DNA from: Vicinamibacteria bacterium
Lineage (GTDB): Bacteria; Acidobacteriota; Vicinamibacteria; Vicinamibacterales; CAVVIG01
Direction of reading: 5' to 3'
Length of the DNA: 57,911 nt
Assembly: GCA_041485905.1 (NCBI GenBank)
Contig: JBGPKK010000006.1
Location: 1 to 57,911 of the forward strand
A program made the translations under genes and the position numbers. Each line of letters begins with the position of its first letter. The stretch's first letter is position 1. Below are positions 10,037 to 18,314 of this stretch, one piece after another. The notes beneath the pieces were generated by a model. The model searched no databases. It saw only the letters and a list, made by a program, of their open reading frames with translations, and was not told the origin of the DNA.

Positions 10037-10945
10037 CTACGCCTTGTCGAGAATCATCGCGATCCAGAGGAGCGGCAGGTAAATGATGGACGCGAAGAAG
10101 AGCGCCCGTGCGGAACTGTCGCCTCGCGCGCGCGCGAAGCGGGCGGACAGGTAGAGAAGCGCGCCGCCAAGCACGAGTGCGATCGCGAAATACGCCGGCC
10201 CGCTCACACCGATCGCGGTTGGCACCAGGCTGATCGGCACGAGCGAGGCGGCGTAGGTGACCGCCTGCCGGCCCGTGCTTCGTCCATCGGGTTCAATGAC
10301 CGGCAGCATCGGAAAGCCCGCCTTCCCGTAGTCATCTCGGTACAGCCAGGCGATGGCCATGAAGTGCGGGATCTGCCACAGGAACACGATCGCGAAGAGC
10401 GCCGCCCCTCCCATCGACAACGATCCGTGGGCGGCGGTCCATCCGATCAGCGGCGGCAGGGCGCCCGGCACCGCGCCGACCAGCGTGGCGAACGAGGAGC
10501 GGCGCTTCAACGGCGTGTAGACGATGAGATAGATGACGAGCGTCGCGGCGGCGAGCGAGGCGGCGAGCAGGTTGGCGCGCGCCGCCAGGAGGGCGAGGCC
10601 GCCGGCCGCCAGCGCGAGTCCGAAGATGCGTGCATCGGCTGGCGGGACGCGGCCGTCCGGCAGCGGACGCATCCGGGTGCGCCGCATGAGCGCATCGGTG
10701 TCGCGCTCGTACACCTGATTCAGCACGGCCGCGCCGCCGGCCACCAAGGCGGTGCCCGTCACCGCCTGCGCCATCGGCCAGAGTTGCGGCCCGCCCGGCG
10801 CGCCGAGGTAATAACCGGCCGCGCTCGTCGCGACGACGAGAAAAGTCAGGCGCGGTTTGGTGAGCGCAAAGTAGTCGGACACGCGGGTCGACCCACGGCC
10901 GACCTCGAGGGGGACGGATACGGCATCCAGGGGCGCGTCTTTCAC
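10037..10945 (-). CDS. ctaB: Protoheme IX farnesyltransferase (heme O synthase)
   Basis: LTKPR, NQVYERDTDALMRRTRMRPLP, YTPLKR, WQIPHF, DDYGKAGFPMLP. Confidence 0.95.
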   Translation of the reverse strand: MKDAPLDAVSVPLEVGRGSTRVSDYFALTKPRLTFLVVATSAAGYYLGAPGGPQLWPMAQAVTGTALVAGGAAVLNQVYERDTDALMRRTRMRPLPDGRVPPADARIFGLALAAGGLALLAARANLLAASLAAATLVIYLIVYTPLKRRSSFATLVGAVPGALPPLIGWTAAHGSLSMGGAALFAIVFLWQIPHFMAIAWLYRDDYGKAGFPMLPVIEPDGRSTGRQAVTYAASLVPISLVPTAIGVSGPAYFAIALVLGGALLYLSARFARARGDSSARALFFASIIYLPLLWIAMILDKA

Positions 10946-12144
10946 GTACGGGCCCCGCCGTGTGTCACCGCAGAGGACGCGGAGGTCGCAGAGCTCAGTC
11001 CCACATGTCTCGGCGTCCTCAGCGGTTGCGGCACGCGCTCGTCAGCGAACTTCCCGCGCCAGCTTCTGAGCGTCAACACGAGCGAGGTCGCGAGCACCAG
11101 CGCACCGCAGACGACGTGCACGCTGTTGATCCAGATGTCGCGCTGGCTCAGGACCGTCAGCGCTCCAAGTGTCACCTGCACGCCGACGAGCGCGAGGAGC
11201 AGCGCCGCCGGTCGGGTGAGCTCCCGGCGTTCGCCATGGCGACGCCAGATGTACGCGCACGTCGCGAGCACGCCAAGCACGACGACAAGCGCCCCGACGC
11301 GGTGCGAGAAATGAATCGCGATCTTCGGATCCCAATGCGTCGGCAGCAGATGGCCGAACATCAACGGAAAATCCGGTATCGCGAGACCCGCGCCCGTATG
11401 CCTCATCGTCGCGCCCAGCAGAATCTGGATGTAGATCAGACCGGTGGCCGTGGTGGCGGCTTTTCGAAGCGTTTCATCATTCTTATGGCTCGCGGGGCCC
11501 CACCCCCGCTCGCTGAAGACCTCGCGCTCGAGCGTAGTCTCTCGCGCTCGGGTAAGGGGCACCCGGCCGCCATCCCGCTCGCTGAAGACGCTTTCCAATG
11601 CTCGTGGGGCCCCACCCCCACTCGCCTCGCTCGCGCTTCGGCGCTCGCGAGAGCTGCGGGCGCTGCGCTCGAGCGTAGTCTCTCGCGCTCGGCTGGACCC
11701 ATAGCCGTCAATCCACCCGGGCGACGTGACGAGCGCGATCGAGACGACGAGGCAGAAGAAGATTTCCGCAAGCCCCGCATGTGCGGTGGAAATCGCCGCC
11801 GGCAGGAAAAACAGGACCGTCAGCCCACCCAACACGCCTTGTGCGATGACGGCGCCAAGCGCGGCGACGCCGAGCCACTTCATCCAGCGGCGCGGCTCCT
11901 GCAGCCACAGCCACACGGCGAGAATGATTGAGAGAAATCCGACGGTGCTGGCAATCAGTCGATGGCCGTGCTCGTAGAGGATGCCTCCGACCCACTTCGA
12001 GGGAGGGAACGTGAACATGCTCCAGCCGTACGTCGTCGGCCAGTCAGGAACGGCGAGACCCGAGGCGGTGCTCGTGACGAGGCTGCCCGCGAGCACGAGG
12101 AGCACCGTGCAGCCGGCGAGGAACTGCGCGAACCTGTGGAGCAT
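10942..12144 (-). CDS. ctaA: Heme A synthase (COX15/CtaA) carrying a repeat-derived in-frame insertion of about 70 aa
   Basis: GLAVPDWP...YEHGHR...AH and GLAIPDFP...HFSHR...VH duplicated halves. Confidence 0.9.
   Translation of the reverse strand: MLHRFAQFLAGCTVLLVLAGSLVTSTASGLAVPDWPTTYGWSMFTFPPSKWVGGILYEHGHRLIASTVGFLSIILAVWLWLQEPRRWMKWLGVAALGAVIAQGVLGGLTVLFFLPAAISTAHAGLAEIFFCLVVSIALVTSPGWIDGYGSSRARETTLERSARSSRERRSASEASGGGAPRALESVFSERDGGRVPLTRARETTLEREVFSERGWGPASHKNDETLRKAATTATGLIYIQILLGATMRHTGAGLAIPDFPLMFGHLLPTHWDPKIAIHFSHRVGALVVVLGVLATCAYIWRRHGERRELTRPAALLLALVGVQVTLGALTVLSQRDIWINSVHVVCGALVLATSLVLTLRSWRGKFADERVPQPLRTPRHVGLSSATSASSAVTHGGART
11478..11697. repeat. Composite palindromic repeat element inserted in frame in ctaA
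   Basis: Contains two GGGGCCCCACCCCC motifs and two copies of GCGCTCGAGCGTAGTCTCTCGCGCTCGG; near-identical units occur intergenically at 13116-13248. Confidence 0.85.
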
Positions 12145-12149
12145 TTGTG

Positions 12150-12250
12150 TCTGGTGGGTCAGGCGAGTCTGGCAGGTCCGGCAGGTTGGTCGGGTAGCTG
12201 AGATAAGCGACCCACCTGGCCTACCCGACCCGCCTGGCCTACCCGACCTC
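12150..12250. repeat. Inverted array of degenerate 9-mers
   Basis: GGCAGGTCC-like units followed by reverse-complement GACCCACCT/GGCCTACCC units; same style as 28135-28215. Confidence 0.6.
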
Positions 12251-12260
12251 TGGCCGGCGT

Positions 12261-13058
12261 TCAGTCCGTCGCCGACGCGCCGGCTGGTGCTTTGAACGTG
12301 AAATTGACTTCCTTGGTCTCTTTCTGGCCGAGCGTCACGCTCTGCGTCATGGCGCCGAGCTTTTCATGCCACGCCTCGATCGTGTAGGTGCCGGGCGGCA
12401 ACGACTTCAGCTCGAACTTGCCGTCCTTGTCGGTGGTCGCGAAATACGGATGGTCGAGCACGCCGATGTACGCGTTCATCCAGCCGTGCACGTCGCACTT
12501 GAAAGGCACCATGACCTCCTTCGCGGTGAAGGTGTGGGTCGTCTTCATTCCCTGGATCGGCTGCCCGGTGTTGAATTCCTGATTGTTCTTGGGGAGCGCA
12601 TGGATGTTGTGCAGCGTCGGATCGCTGTTGAGGATCTCGAGCGGCTGGCCGACGCGGATGCCGAACACGTGCGGATGATAGCGGCAGTCGTGCTGATCGA
12701 TCTTTGCCGGCTCCGTCGGCGTGTCGTAGATGTAGTTGCCGAGACCGTCCTTCACGTACACGAACACATTCGCCAGATGTCCGTCGCTGACGGAGTAGGT
12801 TGCCTGGAACTGCGGGCTCGTGTTGGCCTTGACGCAGACCGGATCCGCGTTCATTCTGATCGGCTCGTTCTTCGGCGCGGTACCCTCGAGCATCGCCATG
12901 CCCTTGACGTCGCCCGCAGTGGATGTGTCGACCTTGGAGGCCGCGGGGGTCCCCGCCGGTACCGAGGGTTCCGCTGATTTGCTGCCGCCCCCGCATGCGA
13001 CGAGCGACGCGGCGAGCGCCAGACCGAACGTGGTGACCCAGATGCTGCTTGGACGCAT
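12261..13058 (-). CDS. Lipoprotein with cupredoxin-like and carboxypeptidase-regulatory-like domains
   Basis: Lipobox LVAC; DQHDCRYHPH, HNIH, KCDVHGWM; C-terminal TDKDGKF..LPPGTYTIEAWHE. Confidence 0.75.
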   Translation of the reverse strand: MRPSSIWVTTFGLALAASLVACGGGSKSAEPSVPAGTPAASKVDTSTAGDVKGMAMLEGTAPKNEPIRMNADPVCVKANTSPQFQATYSVSDGHLANVFVYVKDGLGNYIYDTPTEPAKIDQHDCRYHPHVFGIRVGQPLEILNSDPTLHNIHALPKNNQEFNTGQPIQGMKTTHTFTAKEVMVPFKCDVHGWMNAYIGVLDHPYFATTDKDGKFELKSLPPGTYTIEAWHEKLGAMTQSVTLGQKETKEVNFTFKAPAGASATD

Positions 13059-13115
13059 TGAATTCTCCTCAAGAAGAGCGCAAAAAACGCAAATTAGACC
13101 GACCTTTAATCATAC

Positions 13116-13248
13116 CTTATGCGCGTGGGGCCCCACCCCCACGCGCTAAAGACCTCGCGCTCGAGCGTAGACTCTCGCGCTCGGGTGAATGCTCCGGCCC
13201 CACCTCCGCGTAAAGACCTCGCGCTCGAGCGTAGACTCTCGCGCTCGG
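13116..13248. repeat. Intergenic copy of the ctaA-type palindromic element, with two identical 36-bp units
   Basis: AAGACCTCGCGCTCGAGCGTAGACTCTCGCGCTCGG at 13149-13184 and 13213-13248, preceded by hairpin GCGCGTGGGG-CCCCAC-CCCCACGCGC. Confidence 0.85.
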
Positions 13249-14667
13249 CTACTGTCCGGCTTCGCGCAGTTTTCGCTCGACGCGATCTTCGATCCAGTGC
13301 GAATCCCACCATTCGACCGGATTCACCGGATGACCGTTGACGAGCATCGTGAAGTGCAGGTGATCCCCGCCCGCCAGTCCCGTCATGCCGCTTCGCCCGA
13401 TCGTCTGGCCTTTGGTGACCGTGTCGCCGACTTTCACCTCGAACGCCGACAGATGGCCGTACAGCGACTGCACGCCCATGCCGTGATCGAGGATCACGCA
13501 GTTGCCGTAGATGCCGAGCCAGCTCGCGTGCAGGACCGTGCCGTTATTGGCCGCGACGACCGCCACGTTGCTGGTGACGGCGAGATCGAAGCCGAGATGG
13601 ACCTGCCGATCGACTTCCCTGCCCTTGTAGAAATAGGTCCGCTGATCGGCAAACGACGCTTCGACCTGCGAGTTGCCGAGCTGCACGAACGGGCCGTTCC
13701 ACAACCGCATCGGTGAGCTCTTCGCTGCGAGGGCCGAGATTTCGTCGGTGTTGATCTTGCGCAGCTCGCCGTTGATCTTGAGAAACGCCGGCAGCATGTC
13801 GTCGCCGGCGGCCGGCGGCGTCGTCTTCAGCTCCGGCGAATGCGCCAGGATCTCCGGCACCACGCGGTTCAGGAACTTGTCATCGAGCTCGATGTGGCTC
13901 TTCTTGAACGGCTTCTCGAACACCTTGTCGACGAAGGTGGCCCGTGTCTCGTTACCGGCCTCGTCACGGGCGAAGGCGACGATGGGCGCGTTCAGTTTTT
14001 GATCGTAGAGGAGCGCGAAGAATGCGACCTTGAGCCCGGCATCAATGCTGCCAGGGCCGCCAGGGCCGCCGCCTGCCGCACCCACTTCAGCACGCGCGAA
14101 GCCCGGATATTCGACGTCTCCGACACGCACGCCCGATTGCACGTCGGTCGGCGTCGCTCGGTACACGACCATTTCCGATCCGCCGTGGTTGACGTAGTGA
14201 TGCGTGGACAGTGCGGCGATGCGCGGAGGTTCGAGACGGACCTGGATGTCCCTGCTGGTTGTCGCGGACACCGTCCGCAGTCCCAGAAACGACGGGCGCG
14301 CCGCCGTGACGACGATGCGCGCGGCGCCCGCCTGCAGTTGCGGAACGCTCTGCTTGCCGAACGGCCGCGACACCCGCAGGCGGTTCGGCTCGGTCGGGGC
14401 GACGGTCCCTGCCTGGCCGCGATCGAGCCTGGAGATGTCGAAGAGCGGCGTCGTCCGGCCGTTTTGTTCGAGCGTGATGGTCAGGGCCGTGAATCGCGCG
14501 TTGGGCGCTTCGGCCGTGACCTCCAGCGTTCCGCTCTGACCGACGACGCGTTCGGGTTTGTCGATCGTCAGACGTGGAGGTGCGGCGCGGCCGGCGACGA
14601 CGTACGCGCCACAGAAGCTCAGGAGCGCGAGGACGACGAGCGCAGCGAGCCAACGCATGGACTCCAT
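13249..14667 (-). CDS. M23 family metallopeptidase
   Basis: HLGFD (HxxxD), YGNCVILDHG, LYGHLS, HLHF (HxH); N-terminal anchor. Confidence 0.92.
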   Translation of the reverse strand: MESMRWLAALVVLALLSFCGAYVVAGRAAPPRLTIDKPERVVGQSGTLEVTAEAPNARFTALTITLEQNGRTTPLFDISRLDRGQAGTVAPTEPNRLRVSRPFGKQSVPQLQAGAARIVVTAARPSFLGLRTVSATTSRDIQVRLEPPRIAALSTHHYVNHGGSEMVVYRATPTDVQSGVRVGDVEYPGFARAEVGAAGGGPGGPGSIDAGLKVAFFALLYDQKLNAPIVAFARDEAGNETRATFVDKVFEKPFKKSHIELDDKFLNRVVPEILAHSPELKTTPPAAGDDMLPAFLKINGELRKINTDEISALAAKSSPMRLWNGPFVQLGNSQVEASFADQRTYFYKGREVDRQVHLGFDLAVTSNVAVVAANNGTVLHASWLGIYGNCVILDHGMGVQSLYGHLSAFEVKVGDTVTKGQTIGRSGMTGLAGGDHLHFTMLVNGHPVNPVEWWDSHWIEDRVERKLREAGQ

Positions 14668-14708
14668 AATACAAAGTTTGGTACAATTAAGGGTTCTCGT
14701 CGGTACGT

Positions 14709-14783
14709 GGCGGTATCGTCTAGGGGTCAGGACACGTGGTTCTCAGCCACGGGACCGGGGTTCGATTCCCCGTACCGCTACCA
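14709..14783 (+). tRNA. tRNA-Glu (anticodon CTC)
   Basis: Acceptor GGCGGTA/TACCGCT, anticodon arm CGTGG-TTCTCAG-CCACG, T arm CGGGG-TTCGATT-CCCCG, encoded CCA. Confidence 0.97.
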
Positions 14784-14924
14784 GATAAGTTGGTAAGCCG
14801 GCCACACCTGCGAGCAGGTGCCCGATCGAGGCTTCCCCTGGGGCGTCGCCTGCGGGCGCATCTCACGCTCCACCTCCTCACCACTTCTCGAGCACCCGTT
14901 ATATGATTTGCGGCTCGCATACAC

Positions 14925-15695
14925 ATGGCTCCGATCGTCAAAGTCAGCGTCGTGATCCCGGCCTATAATGAGGCGCGCCGGATCGCCGCGACCATCCACG
15001 ACGCGCAGAGCTATTTCGAGAGCCGGAATCTCGCGTACGAGATAGTCGTATCCGCCGAGGGCACCGACGGAACACGCGAAGTGGCTGCGGCCCTGGGCCG
15101 CAACAATCCGGCAATCACCGTGATCGGAAGCCCGGCCCGGCGCGGCAAGGGGCGCGGCATCCGGGAAACGATCCGGCTGACGACCGGCGATATCGTCGGC
15201 TTCGTGGACGCTGACCACAAGACGCCGATGCGGGCGTTCGACGACTTCGCCGTCCTGCTGCAGCAGGGTTACGACCTGGTCATCGGATCGCGGGGATTGC
15301 CGGGCGCGGTCATCGAGCGTCCTCAGCCGTTACACCGCCGTATCGGCTCGCGCGGGTTCGCGCTCTTCATGCACGCGGTCGTCGGCCTTCGAGACTATTC
15401 GGATACGCAGTGCGGCTTCAAGTTCTTCCGCCGTCAGATCGCGATCGATCTTTTTTCACGTCAACGGATCGACGGGTACATGTTCGACGTCGAAATCCTG
15501 TACCTTGCCAGCAAGGCGGGCTACCGGATCGGGCAGGTGCCCGTCCAATGGCGCGACGACGGCGACAGCCGGCTCCAGTTGGTGATGGGAAACGCCAGGA
15601 ACTTCGCCGACATTCTCCGGATCCGGTTCGGCGCGTGTCCCGCCGCCGCGGCGCCCGAGAGCGACCGCGTCCGCTCGGGCGAAGTCGCCCCGTGA
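14925..15695 (+). CDS. GT2 polyprenol-phosphate glycosyltransferase (Dpm1/Alg5/GtrB-like)
   Basis: SVVIPAYNE, GKGRGI, FVDAD, IGSR, DTQCGFKFF, FDVEIL. Confidence 0.92.
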   Translation: MAPIVKVSVVIPAYNEARRIAATIHDAQSYFESRNLAYEIVVSAEGTDGTREVAAALGRNNPAITVIGSPARRGKGRGIRETIRLTTGDIVGFVDADHKTPMRAFDDFAVLLQQGYDLVIGSRGLPGAVIERPQPLHRRIGSRGFALFMHAVVGLRDYSDTQCGFKFFRRQIAIDLFSRQRIDGYMFDVEILYLASKAGYRIGQVPVQWRDDGDSRLQLVMGNARNFADILRIRFGACPAAAAPESDRVRSGEVAP

Positions 15696-16453
15696 CCAGC
15701 CGGGCGACGGCCAATCAGCGCGCGCGCTGGCCCAAGACATTCGACGCCCTCACGCCCGAGCAGGAGCGCATCCGCGACGATTTCATGAAGCGGTGGCTGG
15801 AGGTGCTGCCACAGCGGTATGGGGCGATCGAGCGGTTCAACCACAGGTACCCGATCCAGGCGTGGGCTCGGCATGGCCGCTCACACGAGGAGGGACGCGT
15901 TCGTACGCTGGAGATCGGCGCTGGTCTTGGCGCCCACATCGGCTACGAGGATCTCTCGCATCAGGATTATCACGTGCTCGAGATGCGGCAGAACCTGGTC
16001 AGTGTGCTCCGGCAGCGCTACCCGGCGGTCCACGCAGTCCTGGGCAATGCCGAGGAGTCGATGCCATTTGTAGATCAGTACTTTCACCGCATCGTCATCG
16101 TTCACGTGCTCGAGCATCTGTGCAACCTGCCGCGCGCGCTTGCGGAGATCGACCGGGTGCTCGGGCCATCCGGAGCGCTTTGTGTCGTCGCGCCGTGCGA
16201 AGGGAGCCTTGCGTATTCGCTGGCCCGCCGGATCTCGGCGCAGCGTATTTTCGAGAAGACGTACCGCACACCCTACGCGTGGTTCATCGAGCGTGAACAC
16301 GTGAATACGTACGACGAGGTTCGGAACGAACTGGCCAGAAGATTCCGGATCGTCGAAGAGGTGCGCTGGCCCCTGCCGGGTCTTCCGCTCGCCATGAACC
16401 TCGTCGTTGGACTGACGATGGTCCGACGAACACGGGCTGGAGCCGCCGGATGA
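15692..16453 (+). CDS. Class I SAM-dependent methyltransferase
   Basis: TLEIGAGLG, HVLEHL; GTG start overlaps the upstream stop. Confidence 0.85.
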   Translation: MTSRATANQRARWPKTFDALTPEQERIRDDFMKRWLEVLPQRYGAIERFNHRYPIQAWARHGRSHEEGRVRTLEIGAGLGAHIGYEDLSHQDYHVLEMRQNLVSVLRQRYPAVHAVLGNAEESMPFVDQYFHRIVIVHVLEHLCNLPRALAEIDRVLGPSGALCVVAPCEGSLAYSLARRISAQRIFEKTYRTPYAWFIEREHVNTYDEVRNELARRFRIVEEVRWPLPGLPLAMNLVVGLTMVRRTRAGAAG

Positions 16454-16905
16454 TCGGCGTCCCGTGGCGAGTCCTCTTCCGGATTCGCGTGCTGCTCGCG
16501 GCAGCCTTTCTCCTCTGGGCCGGCCTCAGTGCTGGCATGCGGCCCTTTCTTGCGGATTGGCGATCGTCGGCTGCCAAGGGCGATCGAGCGGACATTATTT
16601 CGCGTGAAGCGACACGATTTGCGCTTCTGGTCGGATCGCTGCCGGCTGGAGGAACTGTCGGATACCTGCCGACGGACCATTGGCCGGCCGCAGACGACGT
16701 GCGCCGCTTCTACCTGGCCGAGTACGCGTTGACGCCGAGGATCGTCGTGATCGGAACGGCCCCCGAATTTGTCATCGTGGTTCCCGAAGCCTCGGTCGAA
16801 GATGGTGAGAGCGTGGGGACCGCGGCTCGCGATCCTCGACTTGCCGGGTTCGTGCTGTACCAGCGCTTCAGCAACGGCGTGCGAATCTTCAGGCGGTTCG
16901 CGTGA
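16450..16905 (+). CDS. Hypothetical membrane-anchored protein
   Basis: N-terminal hydrophobic helix; YALTPRIV motif; 4-nt overlaps on both sides. Confidence 0.65.
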   Translation: MIGVPWRVLFRIRVLLAAAFLLWAGLSAGMRPFLADWRSSAAKGDRADIISREATRFALLVGSLPAGGTVGYLPTDHWPAADDVRRFYLAEYALTPRIVVIGTAPEFVIVVPEASVEDGESVGTAARDPRLAGFVLYQRFSNGVRIFRRFA

Positions 16906-18314
16906 CCGTCGGATCACTTCTGGCGCTCCTTGTGCCGGCGTTGGCCGCGTACTTGGTCCTCAGACGATTGTGGGGCGGTTCGCGCGCGCGGCTGGGCCGG
17001 GCTCTTGCAGCGGCCACGGCACCCGGGCTCGGAATCGGATTCGCGTCGTGCGTCTATTTCTTGTTGCTATTGTTGACGCGGAATCACCACAGCGCTGTCC
17101 GTCTGGATGCCGGCTTCTGGATCCTGTCTACTGTCGGCTTGCTAGCTTACGACGTGATCGCGCCGGGCGCGTCCCGGCAGCGCGCCAACGCTGAAGACGA
17201 CGCTGCGGCCCGCGCCTCCTGGGGACCGGCGCTGGTCGTCACGGTTGCAGGCCTGCTCGCTCTGTCGGCGCTCGCGGCAGCATCGTTCTGGCTGCACTGG
17301 ACTCTCAATCCTCACGGCGAATGGGACGCCTGGGCCATCTGGAATCTCCGAGCGCGATCGCTGTTGACGGGGGCGGACTGGACCGCGCCGTTTTCCGCGG
17401 CCATTGGCTGGTCGCACCCCGACTACCCACTGCTCGTGCCGCTGACGGTCGCCCGCAGTTGGGCGTACTCGGGGAGAGAGAGCACTGTGGTTCCCGCCGT
17501 CATCGCGTTGATTTTCTCCATGTCGTCGATTGCAGTGGTCGTGATTTCAGTCGGTCGACTGCGAGGCTGGACCGTCGGCCTGTTGAGCGGCATGGCTCTG
17601 CTCATCGCGAGAACGTACGTCTTTCAGAGCTCCTGCCAATGCGCGGATCAGCCGATCGGGTTCTTTATTCTTGTCGCGATCGTTTTCCTCACGATGAGCC
17701 AGGGGGAGATCGACCCACGACCGTTCCTGGTGACGGGCGGCGCGGCGGCTGGCCTCGCGGCGTGGACCAAAAACGAAGGGGCGCTTCTGCTCGTGCTGAT
17801 TTTCCTGGTCGCGAGCGTCCTCGCGCGCCGCGGTCGGGCGTTACTGAGCCTCACGGCAGGCGCGGCGGTGCCGGTATTGGTGCTCGCGATCTTCAAGGCC
17901 GGGCTGTCACCATCCAACTACCTCTTCGATCAACAGACTATTGGCGAGATCGCGGGCAAGATCTTCGCCACGGGCCGATCGGCGATCGTGATCGATCAGT
18001 TTGTGCGACGCATTCCCGCATGGGGAGAGGTGCCCGGCGGCGCGCTGGCAGGCCTTGGACTTGCCGTGGCGCTGACCGCATCGCCGGATCGGCGCTCCGC
18101 TGGTCGCGCCGCGTTCGCCCTGATGCTTGTCTGCGCGATGTTCATTGGCTACGGTCTGGTTTACCTGATCACACCTGCACCCCTGGAATGGCAGATAGCG
18201 ACGTCGTTCGACCGCCTGTTGACGCAGCTCTGGCCAACAACAGTCTGGGCTGCGTTCCAGCTTTCGAGCAGCGGTCCATCGCGTGAAGCCGGCTCCAGTC
18301 GTCGAGTGACATGA
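16902..18314 (+). CDS. Polytopic membrane protein, probable GT-C glycosyltransferase
   Basis: More than 10 TM segments; WDAWAIWNLRAR, HPDYPLLVP, WTKNEG. Confidence 0.7.
   Translation: MTVGSLLALLVPALAAYLVLRRLWGGSRARLGRALAAATAPGLGIGFASCVYFLLLLLTRNHHSAVRLDAGFWILSTVGLLAYDVIAPGASRQRANAEDDAAARASWGPALVVTVAGLLALSALAAASFWLHWTLNPHGEWDAWAIWNLRARSLLTGADWTAPFSAAIGWSHPDYPLLVPLTVARSWAYSGRESTVVPAVIALIFSMSSIAVVVISVGRLRGWTVGLLSGMALLIARTYVFQSSCQCADQPIGFFILVAIVFLTMSQGEIDPRPFLVTGGAAAGLAAWTKNEGALLLVLIFLVASVLARRGRALLSLTAGAAVPVLVLAIFKAGLSPSNYLFDQQTIGEIAGKIFATGRSAIVIDQFVRRIPAWGEVPGGALAGLGLAVALTASPDRRSAGRAAFALMLVCAMFIGYGLVYLITPAPLEWQIATSFDRLLTQLWPTTVWAAFQLSSSGPSREAGSSRRVT

Noticed and set aside
13149-13248. CRISPR-like 36-bp repeat with a 28-bp spacer
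   Set aside because: Only two units, the spacer is itself a degenerate element module, copies occur inside ctaA, and there are no cas genes
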